Source: Chiloscyllium plagiosum (Eukaryota). From it: DNA of 64,000 nucleotides. The position numbers and the translations under genes are program-made. Below the pieces are notes generated by a model. That model was given only the letters and a program-made list of their open reading frames with translations, had not been told where the DNA came from and did not search any database. The stretch spans positions 56,814,792 to 56,878,791 of the forward strand of contig NC_057729.1 of NCBI RefSeq assembly GCF_004010195.1, given 5' to 3'. Of the stretch, positions 37,801-50,006 are shown piece after piece (the stretch's first letter is position 1; each line of letters starts with the position of its first letter).

Positions 37801-37879
37801 TGCCTCAGTGTAGGCCCGAGGCTTCCCCGCAGTTGCTGCCGGACTTGGTGAATTTTCGCAGTAATTTCTGTTTCTTCAG
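37800..37879 (+). other. TIMMDC1: Putative non-coding exon 1 of TIMMDC1 (start approximate)
   Basis: Strong donor CAG|GTAAGC at 37879/37880 just downstream of the promoter; the first coding exon begins with an acceptor at 45684/45685. Confidence 0.7.
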
Positions 37880-38060
37880 GTAAGCGGCCGGCCGGGGGGG
37901 GGGACACTGAGGTTTCGGACACTGCTTGCTGCGCTGACTCTCTCACCCTCGGGAGGCAGCACCTTCTCCTGGCCGGGGGGTAACCAATCTCATAGGGAGA
38001 GAAGTGCATTCTTGTAGCGCCGCAAGGCCGCTCGTTCAACGAAGGAAGAAAAATTAAAGT

Positions 38061-38300
38061 GGAGAAGCCGAGCAGTTGTGGCCGTATCTGTAAAGGAATT
38101 AAAAACGGAGTTAATGTTTCGGGTCCAGTCAGCCTTCCTCAGAACTGCCCTTCAATAAGGCTATGACTTCCAGCTCTGAGGAAGGGTCACTACACCTGAA
38201 ACATTAACTCTGATTTCTCTACACAGATGCTGCCAGACCTACTGAGCTCTTCCAGCAACCTCTGTTTATGTCTCAGGTTTACAGCATCCGCACTTCTTTG
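38061..38300. mobile_element. Older Penelope-like inverted-terminus element with two degenerate hammerheads (family C)
   Basis: Arms at about 38061-38147 and 38171-38255; plus-strand core CTGAGGA-A-GGGTC-ACTA-CACCT-GAAA-CATT at 38176-38205. Confidence 0.7.
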
Positions 38301-38516
38301 GGTTTTTAAAGGCAAAGTTAATGTTTCGAGTCCATCAGAACCGAAGGTGCTCACTGCAGGTACTGAAGCAGCAAGGTGGATGTTGAGAGGGTATTTCCCC
38401 CGGGACTGTAATAAAAAGGGCAGAATAACGGGGTGTCCAATTTAAAATGGAGTGGAGGCTTTTCTTCTATAGAGGATTGGAAGTCTGGGGCACTCCCTTC
38501 CCAGGATGTATTCAGA

Positions 38517-38519
<3 letters not shown>

Positions 38520-38546
<27 letters not shown>
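38520..38546. repeat. (GATT)n microsatellite
   Basis: Direct reading. Confidence 0.9.
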
Positions 38547-38547
<1 letters not shown>

Positions 38548-38797
38548 GAGGGTTTGGAACCAGAAGGAAAGTAGAGTTTAGGTCATGATGGGATCCACCA
38601 TAACCTTACTGAATGGCAGAGCAGGCTTGAGGGCCCCTCTTCTGCTTTTATTTTTGATTGCAGAGTGTGGTGGATTAATTTGTGACAATAAAAATGGATA
38701 CTGAGAGAATCCTTTGTTGAATTATTTGAAATAGTGAAAACGGACAAGGTATGGGATTGGCACTCGTGAATTCTTTCCTGTAGAAAGCCAGCACAGA

Positions 38798-39650
38798 CAT
38801 AGTCATAGAGCTGTACAGCATGGAAACAGACCCTTCGGTCTAACTTGTTCATGCTGACCAGATACCCTAAATTAATCTAGTCCCTTTTGCCAGCATTTGG
38901 CTCATTTCCCTTTAAACCCTTATTATTCATATACCCATCCAGATGCTTTTTAAATGTTGTACTTGTACCAGCCTCCACCACTTCCTCTGGCAGCTCATTC
39001 CATACATGCACCACCCTTTGTGTGAAAATTTTACTCCTTAGGTCCCTTTTCACTCTTTTCCCTCTCACCTTTTAACCTGTGCCCTCTAGTTTTGGACTCC
39101 CCAACTTTGGGAAAAGACTTTGGCTCTTCACCCTATCCATGCCCCTCATGATTTTATAAACTTTCATATGGTCACCACTCAGCCTCTGATGCTCTGGGAA
39201 AATAGCCCCAGCCTATTCAGCCTCTCCGTATCACTTAAACCTCCAACCCTATCAACATCCTTGGAAATCTTTTCTGAACCCTTTCAAGTTTAACAACATC
39301 TTTCCTCGCAGTATTCCAAAAGTGGCCTAACTAATGTCCTGTATAGCTGCAACATGACCTCCCAATTCCCAAACTCAAATGCGCTAACCAATAACGGCAT
39401 CATTCCAAATATCATCTTCATGTCCTGTCTACCTGCAACTCTACTTTCAAGGAACTACAAATCTGCACTCCAAGGTCTCTTTGTTCAGCAACAGGGCGTT
39501 ACCATTAAGTGTATAAGACCTGCCCCGATTTGCCTTTCCAAAATGCAGCACCTCACATTTATCTAAATTAAACTTCATCTTCCACTCCTCTGCCCATCTG
39601 ACCAAGGTCCCGTTGTAGTCTGGGGTAACCTGCGCTGACCACTACAGCAC
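38798..39650 (-). mobile_element. CR1 LINE 3' end
   Basis: KIFTQRVVHVWNELPEEVVEAGTSTTFKKHLD. Confidence 0.9.
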
Positions 39651-40209
39651 AGGTAGTGGTATGATGGACTGAACTGTCTTCTGCTATACTATAACCACTG
39701 TATGATTCTCAAAGTCTGGACCATCCTCAGGCCAGACTGATAAATGCCCTGGAACATTTGTGCCAAGCAATGATCATCCCCAAGTAGAGAAAATCTAATC
39801 ATCTCCCCTTGACAATTACTGTTGTTGAATCCCCCACAATCAACACTTTAGGTAATACTATTGAATGGTCCAGCTATGTTTCTGGTCATGTGAATACTAT
39901 AACTAAAAGACCAGGTCAGAATCTGAGCATTCAAATCTGTCTGTCCACCATCTGCAAGGCACAAAATGAGTTTTGTTTTGTTCATGGGATGTGAGTGTTC
40001 CTTGTTTAGCCAGTATTTATTGCTTATTCCTAATTATCCAGGGGAAGGTGAAGTTCAGCTGCCTTATTGAACTATTAAGTCCCTGGGAGTAGGAATATCC
40101 ACAGTGCTACAGATAGTCCTTGATTAATGTGATTTTGCCATGACAGTTTTTACTTTACTACCCATCATATATCTGACAATATGTACTTGACTCGCATCAT
40201 TCTTACCTC

Positions 40210-41132
40210 ACTCTCAATGTCAGTGTTGGGTAAGTTGTTGGACTAAATTCTGAAGGACAGGATCTACATGCAATTGGACATGTAAAGACTGATTAGGGGT
40301 AGTCAGCATGGCTTTGTATGTGGGAAATTGTCTGTCAGATTTGATTCAGCCTTTTGCAGAGGTGACCAACAAGATAGATGAAGACAGTACAGTAGACATT
40401 GACATTCATGACTTTTTACAAGGTTCGCATGGTAGACTAGATAGTAAGGGATCCAGGAAAAGCTGGCCATTTAGATACAAAATTAGCTCAATGGTAGAAG
40501 AGAGGGTTGCTGTTCAGACAGGAGGCCTGTGACTAGCAGTGTGCTGCACAAATTGGTACTGGGTCGACTTTTGTTCGTCATTTATATAAAACAATTTGGA
40601 TGGAAATATAGGAGGCATGGTTAGTACGTTTGCGGGTGACATCAAAATTGGTGGCATAGTGGACAGTGAAGAAGGTTAACTAAGGGTATTACAAGATCTT
40701 GATCAACTGGGCCAGTGGGCCAAGGAATGGCAGATGGAGTTTAATTCAGATACATGCAAGGTGTTACATTTTAGTAAGGTAAACCAGGGCAGGACTGACA
40801 CAGTTAATGGTAGGGCCTTGGGGAATGTTGTCTAACAGAGACATTAAGCGTGTAGGTGTATTGTTCCTTGAGAGTGGCATCACAGGTAGACAGGGTGGTG
40901 AAAAATGCATTTGGCACACTTGCTTTTATCATTCAGAGCACTGAGTGCAGGAATTGGAATTTCATATTACAGTTGTACAAGACATTGGTAAGGTCATATT
41001 TGGAGTACTGTACTGTGTACATTTCTGGTTGCCCTGCTTTAGGAAGGATGTTATTAAACTTGGAAAGGGTGCAGAAAGGATTTATAAGGATGTTACCGAG
41101 ACTGGAATGTTTGGGTTGTAAGGGAAGATTGA
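40210..41132 (+). mobile_element. CR1 LINE RT fragment
   Basis: Degenerate SQHGF, FAGDIKIGG and LYKTLVRSYLEYC...LERVQKGFIRMLP. Confidence 0.85.
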
Positions 41133-41722
41133 AAATAGAACATAGAACATTACAGCGCAGTAAAGGCCCTTTGACCCTCTATGTTGCACCGATCTGTGAA
41201 ACCAATCTGAAGCCCATCCAACCTACACTATTCCATTATCGTCCATATGTTTATCCAATGACTATTTAAAGTTGGCGAGTCTACTAGTGTTGCAAGCAGA
41301 GAGTTCCACGCCCTTACTACTCTGAGTAAAGAACCATGTCTATCACTTCTTAATTTAAAGCTATGTCCCCTCACGCTAGCCATCACCATCCGAGGAAAAA
41401 GGCTGTCACTGTCCACTCTATCTAATTCTTTGATAATCTTTTATGTCTCAATGAGGTCACCTCTCAACCTTCTTCTCTCTATCAAAAACAGCCTCAAGTC
41501 CCTCAGACCTTCCCTCCATACCAGGCAACATCCCAGTAAATTTCTGCACCCTTTCCAATGCTTCTACACCCTTCCTATAATGCAGTGACCAGAACTGTAT
41601 GAATGCTCCAAGTTCAACCACACAGAGTTTTGTACAGCTGCAACATGACCTCATGGCTCCGAAACTCAATCCCTCTACCAATAAAACCTAACACACTGTA
41701 TGCCTTCTTAACAACCCTATCA

Positions 41723-41864
41723 GGAGAAAGTGAGGACTGCAGATGCTGGAGATCAGAGCTGAAAGATTCTTCAGATTTCTGAAGAAGGACTTATGCCCGA
41801 AACGTCAATTCTCCTGTTCCTTGGATGCTGCCTGACCTGCGTTTTTCCAGCAACACATTTTCAG
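41723..41864. mobile_element. Penelope-like inverted-terminus insertion with hammerhead motif (family B)
   Basis: 14-bp TSD TAACAACCCTATCA (41709-41722, 41865-41878); plus-strand CTGAAGA-A-GGAC-TTAT-GCCC-GAAA-CG-TC at about 41779-41806. Confidence 0.85.
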
Positions 41865-42384
41865 TAACAACCCTATCAACCTGGGTGGCAACTTTCAGGG
41901 CTCTATGCACATGGACACTGAAATCTCTCTGCTCGTCCACACCACCAAGAATCTTACCATTAGCCCTGTACTTTGTTTTCCTGTTACTCCTTCCAAAGTG
42001 AATCACGCTTTTCTCCATTTGCCACCTCTCAAGCCAGCTTTGCAGCTTATCTATGTTCCTCTGTAACCTACAATATCTTCAGCACTGTCCACAACTCCAC
42101 CGACTTTAGTGTCATCTGCAAATTTACTAACCCATCCTTCTATGCCCTCATCCAGGTAACTTATAAAAATGACAAACAGCAGTGGTCCCCAAAATCGATC
42201 CTTGTGGTACAACACTAGTAACCGAACTCCAGGATAAACTTTTCCCATCAACCACCACCCTATGTCATCTTACAACTAGCCAATTTCTGATCCAAACCAC
42301 TACCTCAGCCTCAATCCCATCCCTCTGTGTTTTCTGCAAAAGCCTACTTAGGGGAACCTTATCAAGCGCTTTACTGAAATCCAT

Positions 42385-42681
42385 ATGGTGGCACAGTGGT
42401 TAGCACTGCTGCCTCACAGCGCCATAGACCCGGGTTCAATTCCTGCCTCAGGCAATTGACTGTGTGGAGTTTGCACATTCTCCCCATGTCTGCGTGGGAT
42501 TTGTCCGGGTGCTCCGGTTTCCTCCCACAGTCCAAAAATGTGGAGGTTAGGTGAATTGTCCATGCTAAATTGCCCATAATGTTAGGTGTAGGGGAATGGG
42601 TCTGGGTGGGTGGCGGGTCGGTGTGGACGTGTTGGGCTGAAAGGCCTGTTTCCACACTGTAAGTAATCTAATCTAATCTAA
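42385..42681 (+). mobile_element. HE1/V-SINE-type SINE
   Basis: A/B boxes, V domain and (TCTAA)n tail. Confidence 0.9.
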
Positions 42682-43874
42682 TATACACCACATTAACCTC
42701 TTTACCCTCATCCACCTTGGTCACCTTCTCAAAGAACTTAATAAAGTTTGTGAGGCACGACCTACCTTTCACAAAACCACAGTGACTATCTCTAATCAAA
42801 TTATTCCTTCCTCAATAATTATAAATTCTACTTATAATCCTTTCCAACATTTTACTCTCAACCAAAGTAAGGCTCACTGGTCTATAATTACCAGGGTTGT
42901 CTCTACTCCCCTTCTTGAACAAGAGGACAACATTTGCTATCCTCCAGTCTTCTGGTACTGTTCCTGTAGACAATTACGACATGAAGATCAAAGCTAAAGG
43001 CTCTGCAATCTCCTCCATAGCTTCCCAGAGAATCAGAGAATAAATCTCATCCGGCTCAGGGGACCTGTCTATTTTCACACTTTCCAGAATTGCTAACACC
43101 TCAGGAGCAGGTACACTTAAAACATTTCAAAGAATCCAGGCAGGTACATGGATGGGAAAGATTTAGAGGGATATGGGCTAAATTCAGGCAAATGGGACTG
43201 GTTTAGTTTAGGAAACCTGTCAGCATGAATGACTTGGGCTGAAGAGCTTGTTTCCATGATGTCTGACTCAAATGTGGAGGAATGTTCACCAAAATGCAAT
43301 GTTCCTGGACATGTCCCTGCCTGTTCAGCTCATTTTGGTTGTTGCCTCCCTCAAGTAAGGCTCGAAAAAGTTTTAAAATGCCCAAAGGTATTTACCCCCC
43401 TACCTGCAAAGCAGCAGAACAGCAATCTGATTATCTTCAATTGTCAGCTTCCAGAACTCCAGGTAAGTTAGATGTAGATTCCTAGTCTTCTACCTCTTGA
43501 TAACTAATTGTGTAAATGAGGCAAAAAAAAATTATTGCATATTTATTTGTGTATTTTGGTGTTGTATATTAACTTTGTGCTTGCATTCTGTACTTGTTTG
43601 ACATACCAGAAACGTAACCCAAATATAACTGGATTTTTGTGGGGTACGTATTTCAAATATTGTGTTTTACTTAATGGGGTGATTTTTAGGATCATAATTA
43701 CCATGTTAATAGAGGACTATCTGTGTTCAGAAGGGAATTCTGGGATTATGACCCAGTGACAATCGAGGAACATAGTTCTAAATTAGGACGGTGTGCAGCT
43801 TGGATGGGACTTGCAGTAAAATATTCTTCACTTGCCGAGGTGAGTGAAGCTCCAATAACACTCAAGAAGAACAA

Positions 43875-44520
43875 AGGGACCTAGGGATTCAGGTACAGAA
43901 TTTACTGAAGTTTGCGTCACATACAGATAGTGTGGTTAAAAAGGTGTTTAGCACGTTTGCCTTCATTGCTCAGTCCTTTGAGTATATGAGTGGGAAGTTA
44001 TGGACATGGTGAGGCCTCTTCTGGAATAATAGTTATGGGAAGAATATTATTAAGCTGGAGAGGGTTCTGAAGAGATTTACCAGGATGTTGCCAGGAATGG
44101 AAGTTTTGAGTTATGAAGAAAGGCTGGGACTATTTTCTCTGAAGCATAGGACATTGAGAGGTGACTTTAGGGAAGTTTAAAAACTTGAGAAGTATAGATA
44201 TGGTTAATGGTCTTTTCCCTAGGATGGGGATTTCAAGATTAGAGGGCACACTTTTAAGATGAGAAAAGAGAGATTTAAAAAAAGACATGAAGGGCAAATT
44301 GTTTTAGGGGTGGCTTGGGTGCAGTTAAACTTCCTGAGAAAGTGGCGGATGTGGGGATAATTACAATGTTTAAAAGACACTTGGATAAGTACATGAATAG
44401 GAAAGGTTTGGAGGGATAGGGACCAGGAGCAGGCAGGTGGGACTAGTTTAGTTTGGAGTCATGTTTGGCATGGACTGGTTTGATCGAAGCATCTGTTTCC
44501 ATGTTACATGATTCTATATG
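43875..44520 (+). mobile_element. CR1 LINE 3' end, degenerate
   Basis: [15 protein letters not shown]...RGDF; 3'UTR ending CTGTTTCCATG...ATTCTATATG. Confidence 0.8.
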
Positions 44521-45698
44521 ATCAATACCATCCAAGTCAGTGCAGTCTACAAGACTTGCACCCAATCCATCACCTTAAACATTCACACTTTCTTCCACAA
44601 GATCCATCTCAGCACTCTTCAACAGCTCCTTCAAAACCTGTAACTTTATCATCCAGCAGAGCAAGAATGTATGGGAATACCACTACTTCCAAGTACTGTT
44701 CCAAATTACATTCAAACTTGGGGCTATATTATTGTTCCTTTGTTTCAAAGAGAATGGAATACAAAAATAGAAGCTGTGCCATTAATTATGTTCAGGGCTG
44801 AGAATGGACAGATTTTTAATCAGTAAAGGAATCGGGAGTTATGCTGTTAAGATAGGAAAGTGACATCGAATTCTTGGATCAGTCATGATCTCTCTGAATG
44901 ACGGAGCAGACTCAATGGGTTGTTTAGCCTACCTGTGCTCTTATGTCCTGTGGTAAGAAGGCATCAACATAACGACATTAGCAAAAGAATGAAAGTAGCC
45001 ATGAGAATGTTTTTTTACACCAAAGTTCTAATGATCTAGAATGCACTGAATGAAATAGTGATGGTAAGTAAGGAGTTGATAAATAGCTGGGGGGGTGAAA
45101 ACATGCAGGATAGAGGGAGGAGCAGGATAGTTGTTTGAAGGAGCTGCTACAGACTTCCCTCTTGCTCGAAAGTGCTGCATTTTTGACAACATGTAACTAT
45201 CGGTGTTCTGAGTTCATTTATCATTTATGTTTGAAGGTGAAAGTATGACTGTTAATATGGAAAATATTGTTTAATTATCAGTTTTGAATTCCTATCAATA
45301 ATAAATGACATACAGTCAAGGCAGTAGGAACAACTATCGAATGAAGCTCTGAGTACTGTGTGAACAACAAACCCTTTATAGTACACTATTGTCTGATTTA
45401 GAAACTCTATATTAGTATCAGCATGCTAAAGTGTAGTGTATTATGTTTGCATTCCCTTTTACAAATGTAATTATTGTTTCTGATTTCTCCAACTTATTTT
45501 TGTAATGATTATCTCTGTTCCCTGCACTCTTCACTGATTTAGATGCTCAAATAATCTTCCAGTGTAGTCTCTTGTAAAGAAGGTAAGACTAGTGTCACCT
45601 GTGGACTAGTTGTTTGGGCTATAAATAGGCTATAAGTGGGAAGGTTGGCATGAAGACTTGGTTAATTCTACTGTTGATTTGTAGTGACATGGTGCAGA

Positions 45699-45952
45699 AT
45701 GAAAGATGAAGAAAGGGGAACAGTGGAGACTCTCTCGCTAGATTGCAGACTGACACCTACGTCATGGAATTACCAGATGACAGGAATTCTGCAGATCTGT
45801 CAGAACATCTCTTTCAGAAGATTGTTTCACTTCCCTCGAGTGTATGCAGCAGAAGATCTTGGAGGGCAGGATGGGAAGCTTCCTGAGTGTATTGGCAGTC
45901 CCCAGGTCCCTGAAACAGGGTGGGACAGAATCCGGGAGCTATTTGTTCGCAA
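45699..45952 (+). CDS. TIMMDC1: TIMMDC1 coding exon 1 (exon starts 45685; alternative start ATG at 45777)
   Basis: FPRVYAAE...PETGWDRIRELF matches TIMMDC1 FPRVFAAE...PESGWDRLRELF; acceptor TTTGTAG; phase-2 donor AA|GTATGA. Confidence 0.9.
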
Positions 45953-46619
45953 GTATGAATTCGCCCTTTTGGTTTTTGGGAAAATGTGACAAACTAATGC
46001 GTGGTTTTCTCCAATACCGTCACTTCCACATCATAAAACAAAAAGTTGCAAACTTTCCCGAGCTTTATGCAAAATGAACCCTTATTTACCATTCTCTCGT
46101 CGAGTGTACTTACGGTTTGCTGCCATTGTGTACTGTCCTTCTTCATCCTGCTTACTCTGTTCACTATTCCAGTCAGGTTGTTTTTTTTTGTGCCTTGTTT
46201 TGTGAAGTTTTCATTTTTTTTACACTTTTCACATTTGCTCTTTCATTTCAATCACCTTGCCTTCACTAGTATCTCGTATTTCGTATCCAGACATCATCCT
46301 TTTTCTTGTCCTTGTTGTATAGGCTTTGGATTCCAGCCGTGGTCACTGCACTTAGAAAGATTTTAAGATCCTTAAAAGGGTACTAAAGAGATTTACCAGA
46401 ATAGACCTGGGGGCTGAGAGAATTTAGCTGCAAGGTTAATTTGGAGAAACTGCGGTTATTCACCTTCAAGTAAAGGTGATTGAGAAAGATTTGATAAAGG
46501 TGTGCAAAATTGTGACAGGTTTGAAGACAGGGGACAAGTCAAAAGTGTTGTATAAGTGTTAGCTGGTTGTATAAAGGTAAGGCTGTCCTGTCCTACCAAA
46601 GCATATGGCTGCTCTCTCA

Positions 46620-46620
46620 C

Positions 46621-46655
<35 letters not shown>
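46620..46655. repeat. (GT)n(GA)n microsatellite
   Basis: Direct reading. Confidence 0.9.
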
Positions 46656-48292
46656 GACGCATGGTTAATGTGAGGCTCATCACACCTCAAGCAAAGAAAG
46701 GGTTTGGGAAGGAGAGTCTTTCACAGTAAGTGTGTGGGAATTGAACCCATCCTGTAATAAAAGAGCAAGTTCCTTGATGTATTGGCAAAAGATGAAGGGA
46801 GAATGTGAGAATGAACTTCTCTACATACCAAACAACCTGAACTCCAATTTGACAGAAATTTGAAGAGCTATGGAGAACAAGCTGGGAAGTGGGGCTGTGA
46901 TTGCTCCACAGGAAGCTAGCATGAATTTGATGGGCCAAGTGACCTTTTTTTTTCTCTATAAATTGCTCTATTGGTATCTATCCAGTGAAGGATGCAACAC
47001 AGAAGTATGTTATTCAGCCCAAATCGGAGAGGCCACAGCAATGGGGATTGGGAAAGTATCATAGTGTGAAGAATCTTTGCTGAAGTACATTGTCTAAATA
47101 GGGCGGAAGAAAATTTATCCTACATCCAATAACTTGGTGCGTGATGTGGAGATTGGCAACCTGAAATATAGAAGCACAGGCCATACAAATATAGATTCAC
47201 AGTATGAGTGGAAGCCCTTCAGCTTATTATGTCCATGATAACTGCAAAAGAGCTATCCAGTCTTATCCCACCTTCCAACTCCAGCTCCGTCAGATAGAGT
47301 ACTTCAATTGCATGTCCATTTATTCTTTGAAAGTGATGGCAGTGAGTTCCAGTTCCCAGTATTTTCTGAGTGAAAATGTACCTCTTTTAACTCCCCTCTA
47401 ATTCTTTGACCAATTACTTTAAATCTCATAATTTCATGGTATAAGGAACTTGAGTACTGCTGGGGGAAAAAATTGTTGAAGCATTTTATCTTGTACCCAT
47501 CAGGACATTGGTATTATTATCAATGTAAAGTGGGGTACAACATTTTATACTATTTGAAAAGAAAGTGCTGACAATTGGCAAGTGGATTCTGATTGATAGA
47601 GGCATAGCTGTAGTAAATGTTCTCGTATGATGATGACTGACAGTTAACTGCCAATGTTTGTTTAAATCTCCTTATAGCCTCCTTTATTCAAAGGAAAACA
47701 ATCCCAACCTATGTTTCCTCACAACTAATATCCTCCATTCTCATAAACATCTTCCATACTATCTAGTGTGATCACAAGCTTCTTGTAATGCAATATTCAG
47801 AACTGTACACAGTACTCAAGCTGCAGACAAACTACTGTTTTATAAGTTTATATAGTTTTATATGGCTGTTATACTCCACAGAAAGCATGACTGATCAAGA
47901 CATATTCCCAATCTTTGAGCCTGTTAAGGGCATAATGAAAAGATTATTATGTTGATTATCATCCTGTCTGGTCATGAATGCTCCTTCCTTGGCCAACAGG
48001 TTCTAGGGTGGAACTTGAACCTAATGCTTCTGTCTCAGAGCAGGGTACTATCCACTGAGGCACAAACCTTCCATTCACTTGAATTCTATCTTTTATTGTG
48101 TATTCCCTTGCTTTGTCTATCTCCACCAAATACATTGTTCACTTGACCACTGATAGCAGCCTTCAGTAATCACAAAATGCATGACACTATTTTAAAGAGT
48201 AACTATTTGACATAGCAAGATTAGGTATTTTAAAATGACGATATTTAATTAAAATGACACTCTGTAATTGAATATGCATGCTGTTTACGCAG

Positions 48293-48458
48293 TGAGTTGA
48301 AAACTTATCCAGAGGAAATAACCAACGTCTGGAAGAGTGTCATTATAGCTGCGTGTGTTGGAATGTTGTACGGTGGTATTCCTGCTGCAAGGCATGCTAA
48401 AATCCGTTACATCGAGCACAGTCAAGCTGAGTTATACAAAAATCGCTTGGAGGCTGTG
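48293..48458 (+). CDS. TIMMDC1: TIMMDC1 coding exon 2 (166 bp)
   Basis: GMLYGGIPAARHAKIRYIEHSQAELYKNRLEAV; AG/GT boundaries in frame with both neighbours. Confidence 0.95.
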
Positions 48459-48510
48459 GTGAGTTTGAAAGATTTAAGTTATGCAAGAAATCAGGAGGTT
48501 ACTCTTTCGA

Positions 48511-48800
48511 GTAGAATTGAATCCCTACATTGTGGAAACAGGCCCATCGGCCCAACAAGTCCACACTGACCCTCCGAAAGTAACCAATCCGGACCCATTC
48601 CCCTACCCTTTTTTTTTCCCCTATATTTACCCCGACTAATGCACTTAACCTACACATCGCTGAACACTATAGGGCAATTTAGCATAGCCAATTCACCTAA
48701 CCTATACATTTTTGGATTGTGGGAGGAAACTGGAGCACCCGTAGGAAACCCACACAGACACTGGGAAAATGTGCAAACTCCATACAGATAGTCGCCCAAG
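48511..48800 (-). mobile_element. HE1/V-SINE-type SINE, 5'-truncated
   Basis: V domain and tail in reverse orientation. Confidence 0.85.
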
Positions 48801-49931
48801 ACTAACTCTTTCAGAACTCTTTTTCAGAAAGAATTATCCTGCTAAGGAGAGGAGGGAAACTGATAATGACAAAGCAGGCTTAGTGAGTCTGAAAGACTTC
48901 TTTTCAGATATGATATTTGGTGAAGCTCAAGTGTGAAGTGAAATGAAGTAGGTGGCCCACAAGCCAGGATTCCTAGCAGATTTGATGTTATTGCACAGCT
49001 TTGGGAAGACAATGCACCTCTCCTTCTTCTCTCCGATGAGAAGCAGTAGTGGGAAAGATACCTTCCAGAGGCCCGTCACATCTGCAGCAGTTCTTTGTGA
49101 AAGCTGTCTGCTTACTACTTTTTCTATATTTTTTCATAAAACGTTAGTTATTTCACTTTAAGGCATTATGGATTCTATTCTCAACACTGAAATGGGACTA
49201 AGAAACCTCTGCATTTGAAGTAGAATAAATCTCCTATCCCTCTTTGAGCCATAGTCTTTCCTGCTCCACAGACCACCTAGTCTAAAAAAAACTATTTTTA
49301 ATCAACCTGTTCAGGGATGCAATGACACACTTTTGGAGCAGGTAGGACTTGAACTAAGGCCTACTTTCTCAGAGGCAAAGGCACTACCACTGCAGTGCAA
49401 TAGCCAGCCATCTCATCTTAGCTTACCATTCTCGCAACTTACACTTTAATTTCCCTTTATTCCCAACAACCCTCACCAGTGATGTACCCACAGAGCTGAG
49501 TGTCTTGACCCTCACTGTGGGTCATACTTGGGTTTCAAATTCATAAGTGGAAATAATAATCTCAAAGCCATTGAGCTTTATGGAGAAAACAACATCTCAA
49601 GACTTCCTCTACCTATCCTGATCAGCATGCAAGCAGATGGAACAATCTACTTTATTTCATAGTGAGCAAGGACAAACCTTCTCAAAGACAATAAAGCATT
49701 AGCTATAAATATTGGCCTAGCTAATGATGGCCATATCCAGAATCTAAGGTCGGATGAAAAGATGGATATTCTACCTTTTTGAGATGTATTTATATGATCC
49801 TCTACTCTAAACCTGACCATTTATGGTGCATTTATTTTCTGTGATTCGGAGATGCCGGTGTTGGACTGGGGTGTACAAAGTTAAAAATCACACAACACCA
49901 GGTTATAGTCCAACAGGTTTAATTGGAAGCA

Positions 49932-49966
49932 CACTAGCTTTCGGAGCGACGCTCCTTCATCAGGTG
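49932..49966 (-). ncRNA. Minimal type I hammerhead ribozyme motif (antisense copy)
   Basis: Minus strand CAC-CTGATGA-A-GGAGC-GTC-GCTCC-GAAA-GC-TA|GTG. Confidence 0.75.
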
Positions 49967-49971
49967 ATTGT

Positions 49972-50006
49972 CACCTGATGAAGGAGCATCGCTCCGAAAG
50001 CTAGTG
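49972..50006 (+). ncRNA. Minimal type I hammerhead ribozyme motif (sense to TIMMDC1)
   Basis: CAC-CTGATGA-A-GGAGC-ATC-GCTCC-GAAA-GC-TA|GTG: intact core, 5-bp helix II, CAC/GTG helix I, palindromic AGCT helix III; predicted cleavage after 50003. Confidence 0.75.

Larger units (their letters stand above)
41135..43102 (-). mobile_element. CR1 LINE (second family) RT to 3' end with nested Penelope-like fragment and SINE
   Basis: GPLLFVIFISYLDEGIEGWVSKFADDTKVGG and ALERVQKFTGMLPG; (TTCTATG) tail at about 41135-41150. Confidence 0.9.
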
